Of a DNA stretch of 64,000 nucleotides, positions 27,116 through 37,150 are shown piece by piece. Location of the stretch: positions 1,670-65,669 of IMG/VR virus record IMGVR_UViG_3300044950_000141. One strand, given 5' to 3'. The stretch is from a virus. Taxonomy: Duplodnaviria; Heunggongvirae; Uroviricota; Caudoviricetes. The notes below the pieces were generated by a model. The model had not been told where the DNA came from. It made no database searches and worked only from the letters and a program-made list of their open reading frames with translations. Each line of letters opens with the position of its first letter. Position 1 is the first letter of the stretch. The position numbers and the translations under genes were made by a program.

Positions 27116-29154
27116 TGGAACTACAAAGTATAGACTACAAAGACTGGTTTATAAATCAGAAGCGTATTCCTGATAAAGAATCTCAGGAGTGTAAGCCATT
27201 CTTTGACTTCCACAGAGAGCTATGCTTAAATGGAGCTATGATGGGAGGTACATATATTAACCCTTTCCTTTACTGGCACCTTAATATATGGCATACAGAA
27301 GTAGATATAATAGATAGTTATGGGAGGATTGCACAGAAATATGCCAATCCCCTATTGAGAGATAATGAATGGCTTGTGACGAACGAAATTGACAGAGCTC
27401 AACAAGAAAAGAGGGGCTTAGTCATTCTAGGTATTAGACGTTTTGCCAAGTCTGTTCTTGAAGCATCCTATATTGCATGGGGTGCGACCTTTGATGAAAA
27501 CAGTCAGAATATCATAGCAGGCTTAAATGCCCCAGATATAAAACTGATTACTGATAAGATTGACAAAGGATTGAATTTCATTCCTGAGTATTGGAGGTGG
27601 CAGAGAATTGAGGATAACTGGAAGAACCAAGTGACTCTAGGTATAAAGACCAAGTCTGGTGAACGTATCCCATTCTCTTCCATTCTAATACGTAACCTTG
27701 ATGAAGGTAATAATGAAGAGGCAATTGCAGGTACAAAACCACGTAAATTAATTATAGATGAGATTGGTAAAGGGAATTTTCTTAGAGGCTTACAAGCTGC
27801 TATTCCAGGTTTCACTACACCCTATGGCTGGGGATGTAGTCCCATTCTTACTGGTACAGGTGGGGACATGAAGAAATTCATGGATGCCAAAAGTTTAATG
27901 TTTGACGTAGACAACTTTAATTTCCTTACATATAATAATGCTAAAGATGACAAACGTATACATGGTTTGTTTATCTCCCATAAATATAGAATGGAGGCAA
28001 AGGAGGATTCTACACTAGGAGAATATTTAAACGAGCCAACTAGTTCAGACTTACATAATGTTAAAATGCTTGTAAGTAATGAAGATAAGGCTACAGAAAT
28101 TACTAACAAAAACCTAGAAAGACTTAAGAAAGCTGGTGATCGTATAGCCTATTTAAAAGAAAAGATGTACTATCCTCAAGAAGTAGATGATATCTTCTTG
28201 AACGAGGACACAAATATATTTGACATTGAGAGTGCTAAGAGACAGAAGACTAGACTGTTACAACAAGAAAGAACAGGAACTCCTGTTATATTGTTTAATG
28301 ATGGAGAGAAGATAGCTCATGAGTTTACAGATAAACTACCTATATCTAACTTCCCTCTAAAGAACTCAGACTTAAAAGAAGCACCTATTGTTATATATGA
28401 ATTCCCTATAGATAATCCACCTTATGGATTGTATGTAGCAGGAGTCGATCCATATAGACAAGGTAAGTCTGCATATTCAACTTCACTTGGATCTGTATAC
28501 ATATACAAGAGGATGCATGAAATTAGTGGTGAGAAGTATCAAGATATGTTTGTAGCTTCGTATTGTGCAAGACCTGATAAGAAAGAAACTTGGGAAGAAC
28601 AAGCTAGACTTCTTATAAAGTATTATAACGCTAGAGCTCTTTGTGAGAATGATGATATATCCTTTATTGAATATATGAAAGCTAAAGGAGATGCTCACTT
28701 TTTAGAAAGACAACCTGACTGGTTGAAAGAGATTGTACCAAATACCACTGTAAAAAGAGATTATGGTATTCATCGTTCAAGTCAGAAGATAATTGACTAT
28801 CTTCACACTTGTTTAAAGAAGTATATGGAATCTCCAATCTTTGTAGAAAAGAATGATGCAGGAGAAGTGATTAGAGAAGTGTTAGGTGTGAGTAAGATAT
28901 TTGATCCTGTATTGCTTGAAGAGATTATTCAATATAATGATTCAGGTAACTTTGATAGAATCATAGCTGCAGAGTTAGCCATAGCACAAGCTTTAAAGAT
29001 GGACCCAATAATGGGTAAGATAGGTGGAACAAGTGATGAACGAGTTGCTTCTATGTTTAAGAAGAAGAGAGGAAACATACTCTTCACTGACTCTAGAAAT
29101 AACATGTTTGGACAATCAAAAAATAAATATAAACGAAATAAATTGTTTTCATAA
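27115..29154 (+). CDS. terL: terminase large subunit
   Basis: 679 aa directly upstream of portal; P-loop-like LVILGIRRFAKS (terminase RxxGKS/T variant). Confidence 0.65.
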   Translation: MELQSIDYKDWFINQKRIPDKESQECKPFFDFHRELCLNGAMMGGTYINPFLYWHLNIWHTEVDIIDSYGRIAQKYANPLLRDNEWLVTNEIDRAQQEKRGLVILGIRRFAKSVLEASYIAWGATFDENSQNIIAGLNAPDIKLITDKIDKGLNFIPEYWRWQRIEDNWKNQVTLGIKTKSGERIPFSSILIRNLDEGNNEEAIAGTKPRKLIIDEIGKGNFLRGLQAAIPGFTTPYGWGCSPILTGTGGDMKKFMDAKSLMFDVDNFNFLTYNNAKDDKRIHGLFISHKYRMEAKEDSTLGEYLNEPTSSDLHNVKMLVSNEDKATEITNKNLERLKKAGDRIAYLKEKMYYPQEVDDIFLNEDTNIFDIESAKRQKTRLLQQERTGTPVILFNDGEKIAHEFTDKLPISNFPLKNSDLKEAPIVIYEFPIDNPPYGLYVAGVDPYRQGKSAYSTSLGSVYIYKRMHEISGEKYQDMFVASYCARPDKKETWEEQARLLIKYYNARALCENDDISFIEYMKAKGDAHFLERQPDWLKEIVPNTTVKRDYGIHRSSQKIIDYLHTCLKKYMESPIFVEKNDAGEVIREVLGVSKIFDPVLLEEIIQYNDSGNFDRIIAAELAIAQALKMDPIMGKIGGTSDERVASMFKKKRGNILFTDSRNNMFGQSKNKYKRNKLFS

Positions 29155-31739
29155 TGGCAATTATAAGGTACACGAAAGACGCAACAATAAGATATGCTTA
29201 TCTGAATATCTTTCCTGATCAGTTTAAAACTGAGAAGGAAAAGATGGATGAAAGCTGGATAAAGAATTCAATGGACTACTTTGCAAACAAAGCTTATGCT
29301 GAGTATGTCAAAGCTAGAGATACATTTGTAAAAAACTATGATCTTGTTAAAGGTATTTTAAGAAGAGAAGATTTCTTTGTAGAACCAGAAGTTAGAAGTT
29401 TTACAGATGTGCTTACATCAGATCTTGAACTTCCTGCTTATGTAAAACATTATTCTATAATGACCACTCCTATTAATGAGTTAGTAGGAGAGATATCAAA
29501 GCGACCTGATGCTTTCCTAGTAAAAGCATTTGATGATGATAGTCAAGCTGAAGAGTTACAATTTAAGACTCAGATACTAAATGAATATGTAATTAATCAA
29601 GCAAAACAAAAGATAGAAGAACAAGCAATGGCTCAAGGTCAAGAAATTGATCCTGAAGAGTTAGATCAAATGACCATGGAACAAGTGAAAGATGAAATAG
29701 ATAACTATACATCTGTAGCAGAGAAATGGGCAAATCATATTCTTTCAGCTCAAAAGATTGAATTTAATCTTAAAGAAAAAGGAGAAGATTCATTTAGAGA
29801 CTTATTGATATCTGCTAGAGAGTTCTTTCATATCTATGAGGACAACTCTAAGCTAGGATTTAATATAGAAGTAGCTAATCCAAAGAACACTTGGTTCTTA
29901 ACTACTCCAGATAGAAAGTGGATATCTGATACTACAGGACGTGCACAAGGAGCGTATGCTGCTGGCACTGTACAAGTGTTAGAATTATCTGAAATTATTG
30001 AAGCAGTTCCTGACTTAACTAAAGATGAGATTGATCACTTACGTAGTTCATTACAAGACTATGGATTGATTAATGTACGTGAATCTAACTTAGGTAATCC
30101 TAATGCTGTTCCAGGTAATGACTCTATTCAATACGATACATATGATCCATTAGTATTACAAACTAGAATGCTTATTGAATCAGAAATGAAAGAGAACAAT
30201 GATGGTCTTAAGGACTTCTTAGGACTTACATCTAACGTATCTTCATTTGGTTATAAGTATGTTGTGGTAAGAGCTTATTGGATTTCTAAAAAGAAGATAG
30301 GTAAAGTAATATATACAGATGAGATGGGTAATGAACAATCTATGTTAGTAGATGAGAATTATAAGTCTGGAACTATTCCTACACAAGAATCATTAGAGTG
30401 GGGATGGATTAACCAATGGTATCAAGGTATTAAGATTGGTCCAGATATCTACCATATCAAACCTTATAAGTTATTACCTTATTGTCCAATCATTGGTCAA
30501 ACGTTTGAAGTTAAGAATACAGAGGCTAAGAGCTTAGTAGATATGATGAAACCTTTCCAAGTTATATACAATGTTTGTATGAACCAATTGTATAAGTTAC
30601 TTGAGAAGGAAGTAGGTAAGGTGCAGTTAATGTCTATTAGACACATTCCTATTCCTAAGGATGGTGATGCTCAAGATGCATTAGATATCTGGGAAATGGA
30701 AGCACGTAATAGAGGAGTTGTGTTTGTTGATGATAGTCCTGAGAACTTAAAGAGTCCATCTAGCTTCAACCAATATACAAGCTTAGATCTTACACGTACT
30801 ACAGAGATCCAAGCAAGATATACTCTAGCACAACAAATAAAGAATGAATGTTGGGAATTGATTGGTATGTCTAAGCAAAGACTTGGATCTGTGTCTGCTA
30901 GTGAATCAGCCACAGGTACCAATGCAGCTATTACACAATCTTATTCTCAAACAGAACCTTTGTTTGTAGCTCATGAATATATCATGGGTCAGTTATACCA
31001 AGCTGTTATTGATGCAGCTTTATATGTAGAAGCTAAGAAGCCACAATCAACTATATCTTATATCACTAATGAAGGTGAATCTGCTTTTGTAACTGTAAAT
31101 GGTACAGACTTAAGATTTAGAGATTTAAAAGTTTATTTAACTAACAGACCTGAAGATAGAAAAGCATTTGAGGAAATTAGAGGATTGTCTCAAGCAGTTC
31201 TTCAAAATGGTGGTAGCTTACATGATGTAATTGAATTGTATAGTACTAACTCCATGAGACAAATGAAGAAGGTATTTAAGACTCTTAAAGAAAGACAAGA
31301 GCAATTGCAAAATACTCAAATGCAACAAAAGCAACAAGAACTTGAACAACAACAACAAATAGGTCAAGCTCAATTAGCTCAGGCTCAACAACAAGCTGAA
31401 GAGAAAATAGCTAATGATAATTACAATGCTGAGTTAGATAGAATTAATAAGAAAGAGATTGCCCTTATTGCAGCTGAATCTAAAGCAGGACCTTTATCAG
31501 ATATAGATGCATCTGGAGCTCCTGATGTTTTAGAAATTGAAAAATTATCAGCAGAAAAAGATAATGCATCTAGAGAATATCAAATGAAGACGCAAGATGC
31601 TATGACTAAAAATAGACTTGCTTCTGAGAAATTACAATTAGAGAAAGAAAAATTACAAGTAGCTAGAGAAAACCAAGCAAATGATTTAGCTGTTGCTAAA
31701 GAAAATGCTAAAGGAAGATCTACTAAAAAACCTAAATAA
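29154..31739 (+). CDS. portal protein with C-terminal Gln/Glu-rich coiled-coil extension
   Basis: 861 aa, follows terL with ATG/TAA overlap; C-terminal ~170 aa QEQLQNTQMQQKQQELEQQQQIGQAQLAQAQQQAEEK... Confidence 0.55.
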   Translation: MAIIRYTKDATIRYAYLNIFPDQFKTEKEKMDESWIKNSMDYFANKAYAEYVKARDTFVKNYDLVKGILRREDFFVEPEVRSFTDVLTSDLELPAYVKHYSIMTTPINELVGEISKRPDAFLVKAFDDDSQAEELQFKTQILNEYVINQAKQKIEEQAMAQGQEIDPEELDQMTMEQVKDEIDNYTSVAEKWANHILSAQKIEFNLKEKGEDSFRDLLISAREFFHIYEDNSKLGFNIEVANPKNTWFLTTPDRKWISDTTGRAQGAYAAGTVQVLELSEIIEAVPDLTKDEIDHLRSSLQDYGLINVRESNLGNPNAVPGNDSIQYDTYDPLVLQTRMLIESEMKENNDGLKDFLGLTSNVSSFGYKYVVVRAYWISKKKIGKVIYTDEMGNEQSMLVDENYKSGTIPTQESLEWGWINQWYQGIKIGPDIYHIKPYKLLPYCPIIGQTFEVKNTEAKSLVDMMKPFQVIYNVCMNQLYKLLEKEVGKVQLMSIRHIPIPKDGDAQDALDIWEMEARNRGVVFVDDSPENLKSPSSFNQYTSLDLTRTTEIQARYTLAQQIKNECWELIGMSKQRLGSVSASESATGTNAAITQSYSQTEPLFVAHEYIMGQLYQAVIDAALYVEAKKPQSTISYITNEGESAFVTVNGTDLRFRDLKVYLTNRPEDRKAFEEIRGLSQAVLQNGGSLHDVIELYSTNSMRQMKKVFKTLKERQEQLQNTQMQQKQQELEQQQQIGQAQLAQAQQQAEEKIANDNYNAELDRINKKEIALIAAESKAGPLSDIDASGAPDVLEIEKLSAEKDNASREYQMKTQDAMTKNRLASEKLQLEKEKLQVARENQANDLAVAKENAKGRSTKKPK

Positions 31740-32269
31740 TGTTTGATAAACTAATTGATGTATTGATTGAATGGTGGAATCATATTCTACCATTCATCAT
31801 TATCAGAGACTATGAACAAGCTGTACTCCTTAGATTTGGAAAGTTTAATCGAGTGCTATTACCAGGTATACATTTTAAGATACCTTTCTTTGATGAGGCA
31901 ATTGATCAGCATGTAGTAGTTACAACACTTAGTCTTGATGCTCAATCTTTATATACAAAGGATAAGCAAAACATTGTAGTCAAAGGACTTGTCAAATATA
32001 AGATAGCAGATGTTAAGATATTCCTATTAGAAGTCTATGATGCACAGGATGCCCTGTCAGATATGTCTCAAAGTATTATAAAAAATATTATTATGTCTAT
32101 GACCTTAGAAGAATGTACAGATTCTGAACTTGATAATATTTTGACAAAGAAAGTTAGGGTGGAAGCACGCAAGTGGGGAGTTGAAGTTCAACAAGTTACG
32201 CTTACGGATCTTGCTCCAATAAGAAGCTATAGGCTTATAAATGACAATTTTCTTAACAAATTAGATTAG
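31739..32269 (+). CDS. SPFH (stomatin/prohibitin/flotillin/HflKC) domain protein
   Basis: IIIRDYEQAVLLRFGKFNRVLLPGIHFKIPFFDEAIDQHVVVTTLSLDAQSLYTKDKQNIVVKGLVKYKIAD matches the SPFH core (E.AV..RFG....L.PG.HF..P....V...D.R......TKD...V.VD..V.Y.I.D). Confidence 0.6.
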   Translation: MFDKLIDVLIEWWNHILPFIIIRDYEQAVLLRFGKFNRVLLPGIHFKIPFFDEAIDQHVVVTTLSLDAQSLYTKDKQNIVVKGLVKYKIADVKIFLLEVYDAQDALSDMSQSIIKNIIMSMTLEECTDSELDNILTKKVRVEARKWGVEVQQVTLTDLAPIRSYRLINDNFLNKLD

Positions 32270-32387
32270 AGTAAAAAATATTAATGCTATATTATATTGA
32301 ATAATAGCCTATATAGAGCCTTGTCTCTTTGCTGTTAATTTAACTTGATATACTTTTACATTGAAAACCAAATAAATACAACTACAT

Positions 32388-33671
32388 ATGGCTGAAAATC
32401 TAGATATGCCTCAAATAGGCAACTTTAGTATTCAAGATACTATGGACATGGGTATGGGTAACCAAGAGTTATTAAATGATTTAATGTCTCCTGAAAGTGC
32501 TACATCTAATCCTGATGACATTCAGGATATCAAAGATGAACCTGCTCCTGCTCCAACAAAGAAAACTACTTCTAAACAACAAGCTATCCCAGATCCTGCA
32601 GAACCTGCAGACGATAAGAAAGACGAACCTGTTAAAGGGATTCAAGATTTCTTATATGGTGAAGATGATGATGAGGATGGTGAAGATAATGACAAACCAG
32701 CAACTGCACCAGCTAAGAAAGCTACGCAACCTGCTGATAATCAAGAAGATAGTAAAGATAATAATGATGATGATGAAGAAGGAGCTCCTGAGAGTCAATT
32801 CACTGCATTATCAAATGACCTTTTCAAACTAGGTGTTTTCTCTAAAGAAGACGAAGAAGAAGAAACTGCAATAGATACTCCTGAAGCATTCTTAGAACGC
32901 TTCCAAGCAGAAAAGAAAAAAGGAGCTATTGAAATTGTAGATAATTTCATTGGACAGTTTGGAGAAGATTATCAAAAAGCATTTGATGCCATATTTGTAA
33001 AAGGAGTTGATCCTAAAGATTACTTTGGTGCATTTAGCCAAATACAATCTTTTGCTGAAATGGACTTAACTCAAGAGAACAATCAAGTGGCTGTTATTAA
33101 ACAAGCTTTGACTGATCAAGGATTTGAGCCTGAAGATGTTATAACAGAAGTAGAAAGATTAAAAAACTATGGTGATTTAGAAAGTGTTGCTACTAAACAT
33201 CATAAAGTCCTAATAAAGAAAGAAGGCCAAAAGCTTCAACAAATGGAGCAACAAAAAGAGGTCCAATTACAACAGCAACAAGCCATCAAGCAACAATATC
33301 ATCAAAATGTAAACAACGTTTTACAAGAGAAGATTAAAGCTAAAGAATTTGATGGCATACCAATTAACCCTAAATTAGCTGGTGAACTACAAGATTTCCT
33401 AGTAACAGATAAGTACAAAACAAATTCAGGTGAAACTCTCACTGATTTTGATCGTACAATTCTGGAGCTGAAACGTCCTGAGAATCATGCAACCAAAGTA
33501 AAGCTTGCGTTGATCATGAAGATAATGGAGAAAGATCCTACATTATCTACTATTCAAAAGACAGGTATCACCAAAAAGTCTAATGAATTATTTGGTGAAG
33601 TTGCCAGACAAGCCCAGAAAAGTTCAGTGAAATCTAAACCATCAACTAAACCCAATTCTTGGTTTCAATAA
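32388..33671 (+). CDS. acidic, low-complexity putative scaffolding protein
   Basis: N-terminal half D/E/K-rich, Q-rich coiled-coil region; located between portal and capsid gene. Confidence 0.45.
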   Translation: MAENLDMPQIGNFSIQDTMDMGMGNQELLNDLMSPESATSNPDDIQDIKDEPAPAPTKKTTSKQQAIPDPAEPADDKKDEPVKGIQDFLYGEDDDEDGEDNDKPATAPAKKATQPADNQEDSKDNNDDDEEGAPESQFTALSNDLFKLGVFSKEDEEEETAIDTPEAFLERFQAEKKKGAIEIVDNFIGQFGEDYQKAFDAIFVKGVDPKDYFGAFSQIQSFAEMDLTQENNQVAVIKQALTDQGFEPEDVITEVERLKNYGDLESVATKHHKVLIKKEGQKLQQMEQQKEVQLQQQQAIKQQYHQNVNNVLQEKIKAKEFDGIPINPKLAGELQDFLVTDKYKTNSGETLTDFDRTILELKRPENHATKVKLALIMKIMEKDPTLSTIQKTGITKKSNELFGEVARQAQKSSVKSKPSTKPNSWFQ

Positions 33672-33706
33672 ACAATTTATATAACAAAAATTAAAAAAGG
33701 ATAAAA

Positions 33707-35260
33707 ATGGCAATTCAAACAATCCCAGGTTTAACTGGTTTTACCTATGCTAGAGTAGCTTCTATGGACAAGCGTGCAGTAGGTAAATTGACTGACTCGA
33801 ACCATCTAGAGAGCTTTCACTCAACTGAGCCTGCTGATTATGATAAAAAAATCATCAGCTTGTACACTCAGAGTTCTCTTTATAGTAATGACTTCTTGGA
33901 TATGATTAACAAGAGCACACCTTACTATATCGACAATAATAGTGATGCTTGGAAATGGCAAGTACAAGTACCTTACAAGTTCCCAAAAATCATTGACGTT
34001 CCAACTTCAACACAGGAATTAAACAAGCCTGGTATTGATGGACAAGAGTTTCAAATCATCGTTGACACTAATGAGTTTTCTAAGAACGCAATTGTATCTG
34101 TTGGTACTCGTCAATATGGTCCACGTTTCTATGTAGTAAAAGATCCAGTTCCTTGGAACGTTGGATACTTATACACTGTTACCTTAGTAAGTGACAATCC
34201 AACTGTTGATTTCGTAAGCCCTATCTTCTTGCAAGTGGGTGTTGAATTAGAGTTAGTTGATGCTGCTATTGGTGAGTTCGATCAAGACTTATTAGGTCTT
34301 CCTCGTTTGGGTGAGCAAATCACAATGTTTGAATCTTTAGGTTCTGCATATGGTTATGAGCACAAAATTACTGAGTGGGCTGATGACAAGATGATGAGAG
34401 ATGCTTCTGGCAAACCTTTAGACATCTTAGTATATGCTCCTCAAAGACGTAACCAATTACCTTTAACTCGTAACGATGTTAAGTGGGAACCATTTATTGA
34501 GTTCTGGATGCGTAAGTCTATGTTAGAATTAAAAGTTAAGCGTATGATCTGGGCTCGTCCTGGAACTGTGAAGACTAATGGTTCTAAGCAAGAATTAAAG
34601 CGTACTTCTGCTGGTGTATATCACAGAATGCGTAACAATGGTAACTTAGTACAATACAATCGTGGTGAGTTTACAGCTAACTTGATTCGTTCTGTATTTG
34701 GTGACTTATTCTACAGACGTGTGGATGTTAAAGACAGACGTGTTAAAATGTACACTAATGAAGCTGGCTTTGACGTATTCCAACAAGCTTTAAAAACAGA
34801 TGCTTTGAATTCTGGTCTTACTTTCATGGCTGATTCTGGTAACAGATACATGCAAGGTGAAGGTCAACATATCACTTACAACTTTGCATTCGATGCAATG
34901 GTAACTCGTGAGACTGGTCGTGTTGAATTAATTCACTTGAAAGAATTAGACTTACCTCAAACAAACTTAGAATTTGGACAAAACAAGAAGTCAACTCCAG
35001 TATTTATGGTGTTTGATGTATCTCCAATGTCTGATGGTTCTATGATCAACAATATTCGTGAAGTACGTATGAAGGGTGCACCTTCTATGACTTGGGGTTA
35101 TATCGATGGTACTCGTCACCACTTAGGCTTTGCTAAGTCTCAAGGTATGAGTTCTGCAAATAAATTCCCTGGATATGAGATTTGGATGAAAGATCGTTGT
35201 GATGTGTTCATTGAAGATTTGTCTCGTACAGTCTTGATTGAGGAAATACCACAATTCTAA
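33707..35260 (+). CDS. putative major capsid protein (517 aa)
   Basis: Position after portal/scaffold. Strongly biased codon usage (CGT, GGT, TTA, TCT), consistent with very high expression. Strong hairpin immediately downstream. Confidence 0.5.
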   Translation: MAIQTIPGLTGFTYARVASMDKRAVGKLTDSNHLESFHSTEPADYDKKIISLYTQSSLYSNDFLDMINKSTPYYIDNNSDAWKWQVQVPYKFPKIIDVPTSTQELNKPGIDGQEFQIIVDTNEFSKNAIVSVGTRQYGPRFYVVKDPVPWNVGYLYTVTLVSDNPTVDFVSPIFLQVGVELELVDAAIGEFDQDLLGLPRLGEQITMFESLGSAYGYEHKITEWADDKMMRDASGKPLDILVYAPQRRNQLPLTRNDVKWEPFIEFWMRKSMLELKVKRMIWARPGTVKTNGSKQELKRTSAGVYHRMRNNGNLVQYNRGEFTANLIRSVFGDLFYRRVDVKDRRVKMYTNEAGFDVFQQALKTDALNSGLTFMADSGNRYMQGEGQHITYNFAFDAMVTRETGRVELIHLKELDLPQTNLEFGQNKKSTPVFMVFDVSPMSDGSMINNIREVRMKGAPSMTWGYIDGTRHHLGFAKSQGMSSANKFPGYEIWMKDRCDVFIEDLSRTVLIEEIPQF

Positions 35261-35312
35261 AAAACCTAGAGCAAGGTTAGAACTACGCTCTACAAATACA
35301 AAGAAGAATTCC

Positions 35313-35332
35313 CCCCCACATCCCAGTGGGGG
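35313..35332 (+). other. stable hairpin CCCCCAC-atccca-GTGGGGG downstream of capsid gene
   Basis: 7-bp GC stem read from sequence; no T-run, so likely an mRNA-stabilising/attenuating structure rather than a classic terminator. Confidence 0.45.
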
Positions 35333-35430
35333 AGTCTTCTAACACAGATGGACAGGTCAGGGCTTCATGCCTCACCGTGTTTCCTTCGATGGAAACCATC
35401 TGCAAATAAACCAACAAAAATTAACTACAT

Positions 35431-36396
35431 ATGGGTAAGATAGGAAAAATCTCTACTATTAAGAAAGAGTACAACAACTCACAATTGCAAACAATGCAAG
35501 GTGGACTGGCTATGAAAGGTTATACAAGAATCCCTGGTACAGGTGTATTTAAGTATCCTTATAAAGAACTTGATGGACAGTATAGAACAGGCTTAGATCC
35601 TAAAGCTGCTTACATTAGAAGAATCCAAGACCCTTTAGAAAGGGAATTAGAAACTGAAAGAGTAACAGAGTTAAAGGAAAAACTTGAATCAGCATTGAAT
35701 GCTGACTTAGGTCCTCGTTCTACATTCTGGAATTATGGCTTATCAACTTCTGTTGATGATTCATTGCACGTTCAACCAGTTAAGTTGTTAGATGGTGATA
35801 ACTATTTTGACTTTACATTGCCATTGCAAGAATTAGCATTCTCATGGTTGAGAGTTCATCCAACAATTGCTTCTAGCTACCAAGCTTGGGAGCGTGGTGA
35901 ATTCCCTGCTGATATTCAGTACTACGTTGCTGATGATGATATTGAGAACAAGGTAATGTTTAAGAAGAAGCAACTTATTAATAAAGCAATTGTTAAGTTT
36001 GATAGTATGACTCCTGAAAAGAAGAAGAAAGTGGCTCGTCTACTTGGTCTTCCAGTATCAGATGATTCCAAAGAAGAATCAGTTTACAATCAAGTAGATA
36101 ACATATTGAAACAAACTGAATTCAAGAATGGCAAATATCAAGGTTTGAATCCAATTGAGGTATTCAACAGATTTGCAGATATGAAAGAAAACTTACTCCA
36201 TATTAAAGACTTGGTTAAACAAGCTGTTGCTCATTCAGTTTATAGAGTTAGACCTAATGGAAGAGTCTATGAAGGTGAATTTGAAATAGCTGCTGATGAA
36301 GATGAATTAGTGAAGTTCTTAGCAGATGAAGATAACCAAGACCAATTGTTAGTTTTAGAAGGTAAATTGAAAGGTAAAAAAATAGCTGCAATATGA
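35431..36396 (+). CDS. virion structural protein (321 aa)
   Basis: ORF track; module context; shares the AACTACATATG leader with genes at 32388 and 45678. Confidence 0.5.
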   Translation: MGKIGKISTIKKEYNNSQLQTMQGGLAMKGYTRIPGTGVFKYPYKELDGQYRTGLDPKAAYIRRIQDPLERELETERVTELKEKLESALNADLGPRSTFWNYGLSTSVDDSLHVQPVKLLDGDNYFDFTLPLQELAFSWLRVHPTIASSYQAWERGEFPADIQYYVADDDIENKVMFKKKQLINKAIVKFDSMTPEKKKKVARLLGLPVSDDSKEESVYNQVDNILKQTEFKNGKYQGLNPIEVFNRFADMKENLLHIKDLVKQAVAHSVYRVRPNGRVYEGEFEIAADEDELVKFLADEDNQDQLLVLEGKLKGKKIAAI

Positions 36397-37124
36397 TCCC
36401 AGTAGATAGTTTATTATATAAGATTGATCAGAAACTAAATAAACTATCCACTAATGAGCATCAAGAGATTCCTGTAGAAGATAAGATCTTAGCAGTGAAT
36501 GAAGCTCAAATTAAGCTGATAAAGCAAAAGGTTGATGGGTTTAGTACAGTTTCTGGATTAGGTATGGATGCGTTTAAGAAGCGTTACGAAGACTTACAAA
36601 GTCTTGTACAGCCCTACAACCACCAACCTCTTCCCCTAGCATTGAAGAATGCTGAACTAAATCAATGGTTTGCAAATATCCATCTTCTTGTACCTCAGTA
36701 CATGTTCTATATAGATAGTTATATATTAGCTGATAAAGGAAGATGTATAGATAGAAAGGTTTGGATTAATAGAGATCTTGCTAAGCATGGTGACTTACAG
36801 TTTTGCTTAAACAACACTCACTATAGACCTTCTTTTGAATACCAAGAGACATTCAACTTTATATCTTCTGATGAGATCTCCATATTTACAGATGGTACAT
36901 TTACACCTAAGGATATATATATATCTTACATGAGATATCCTCAATATATAAATAAGACAGGATATATCATGCTTGATGGCTTACCATCTTTTGATCAGGA
37001 TTGTGAACTTGAACTATACCTAGAAGATGAACTATTAGATCTGACAGTACAAAACTTGGCTATGTATACAGAAAACCAAAGTGCTGTTCAAAGCTCAATT
37101 TATAGAATACAAACAAACGAATAA
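36393..37124 (+). CDS. virion structural protein (243 aa)
   Basis: ORF track; ATGA overlap with upstream gene. Confidence 0.5.
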   Translation: MIPVDSLLYKIDQKLNKLSTNEHQEIPVEDKILAVNEAQIKLIKQKVDGFSTVSGLGMDAFKKRYEDLQSLVQPYNHQPLPLALKNAELNQWFANIHLLVPQYMFYIDSYILADKGRCIDRKVWINRDLAKHGDLQFCLNNTHYRPSFEYQETFNFISSDEISIFTDGTFTPKDIYISYMRYPQYINKTGYIMLDGLPSFDQDCELELYLEDELLDLTVQNLAMYTENQSAVQSSIYRIQTNE

Positions 37125-37150
37125 TTTTTAACAATTAAATATAAAGCAAA

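Noticed and set aside
32497-32832. 111-aa ORF in an alternative frame inside the acidic scaffold-like gene
   Set aside because: Embedded in a longer, compositionally coherent ORF; Lys/Leu/Met-rich translation typical of an off-frame reading of GAT/GAA-rich sequence.
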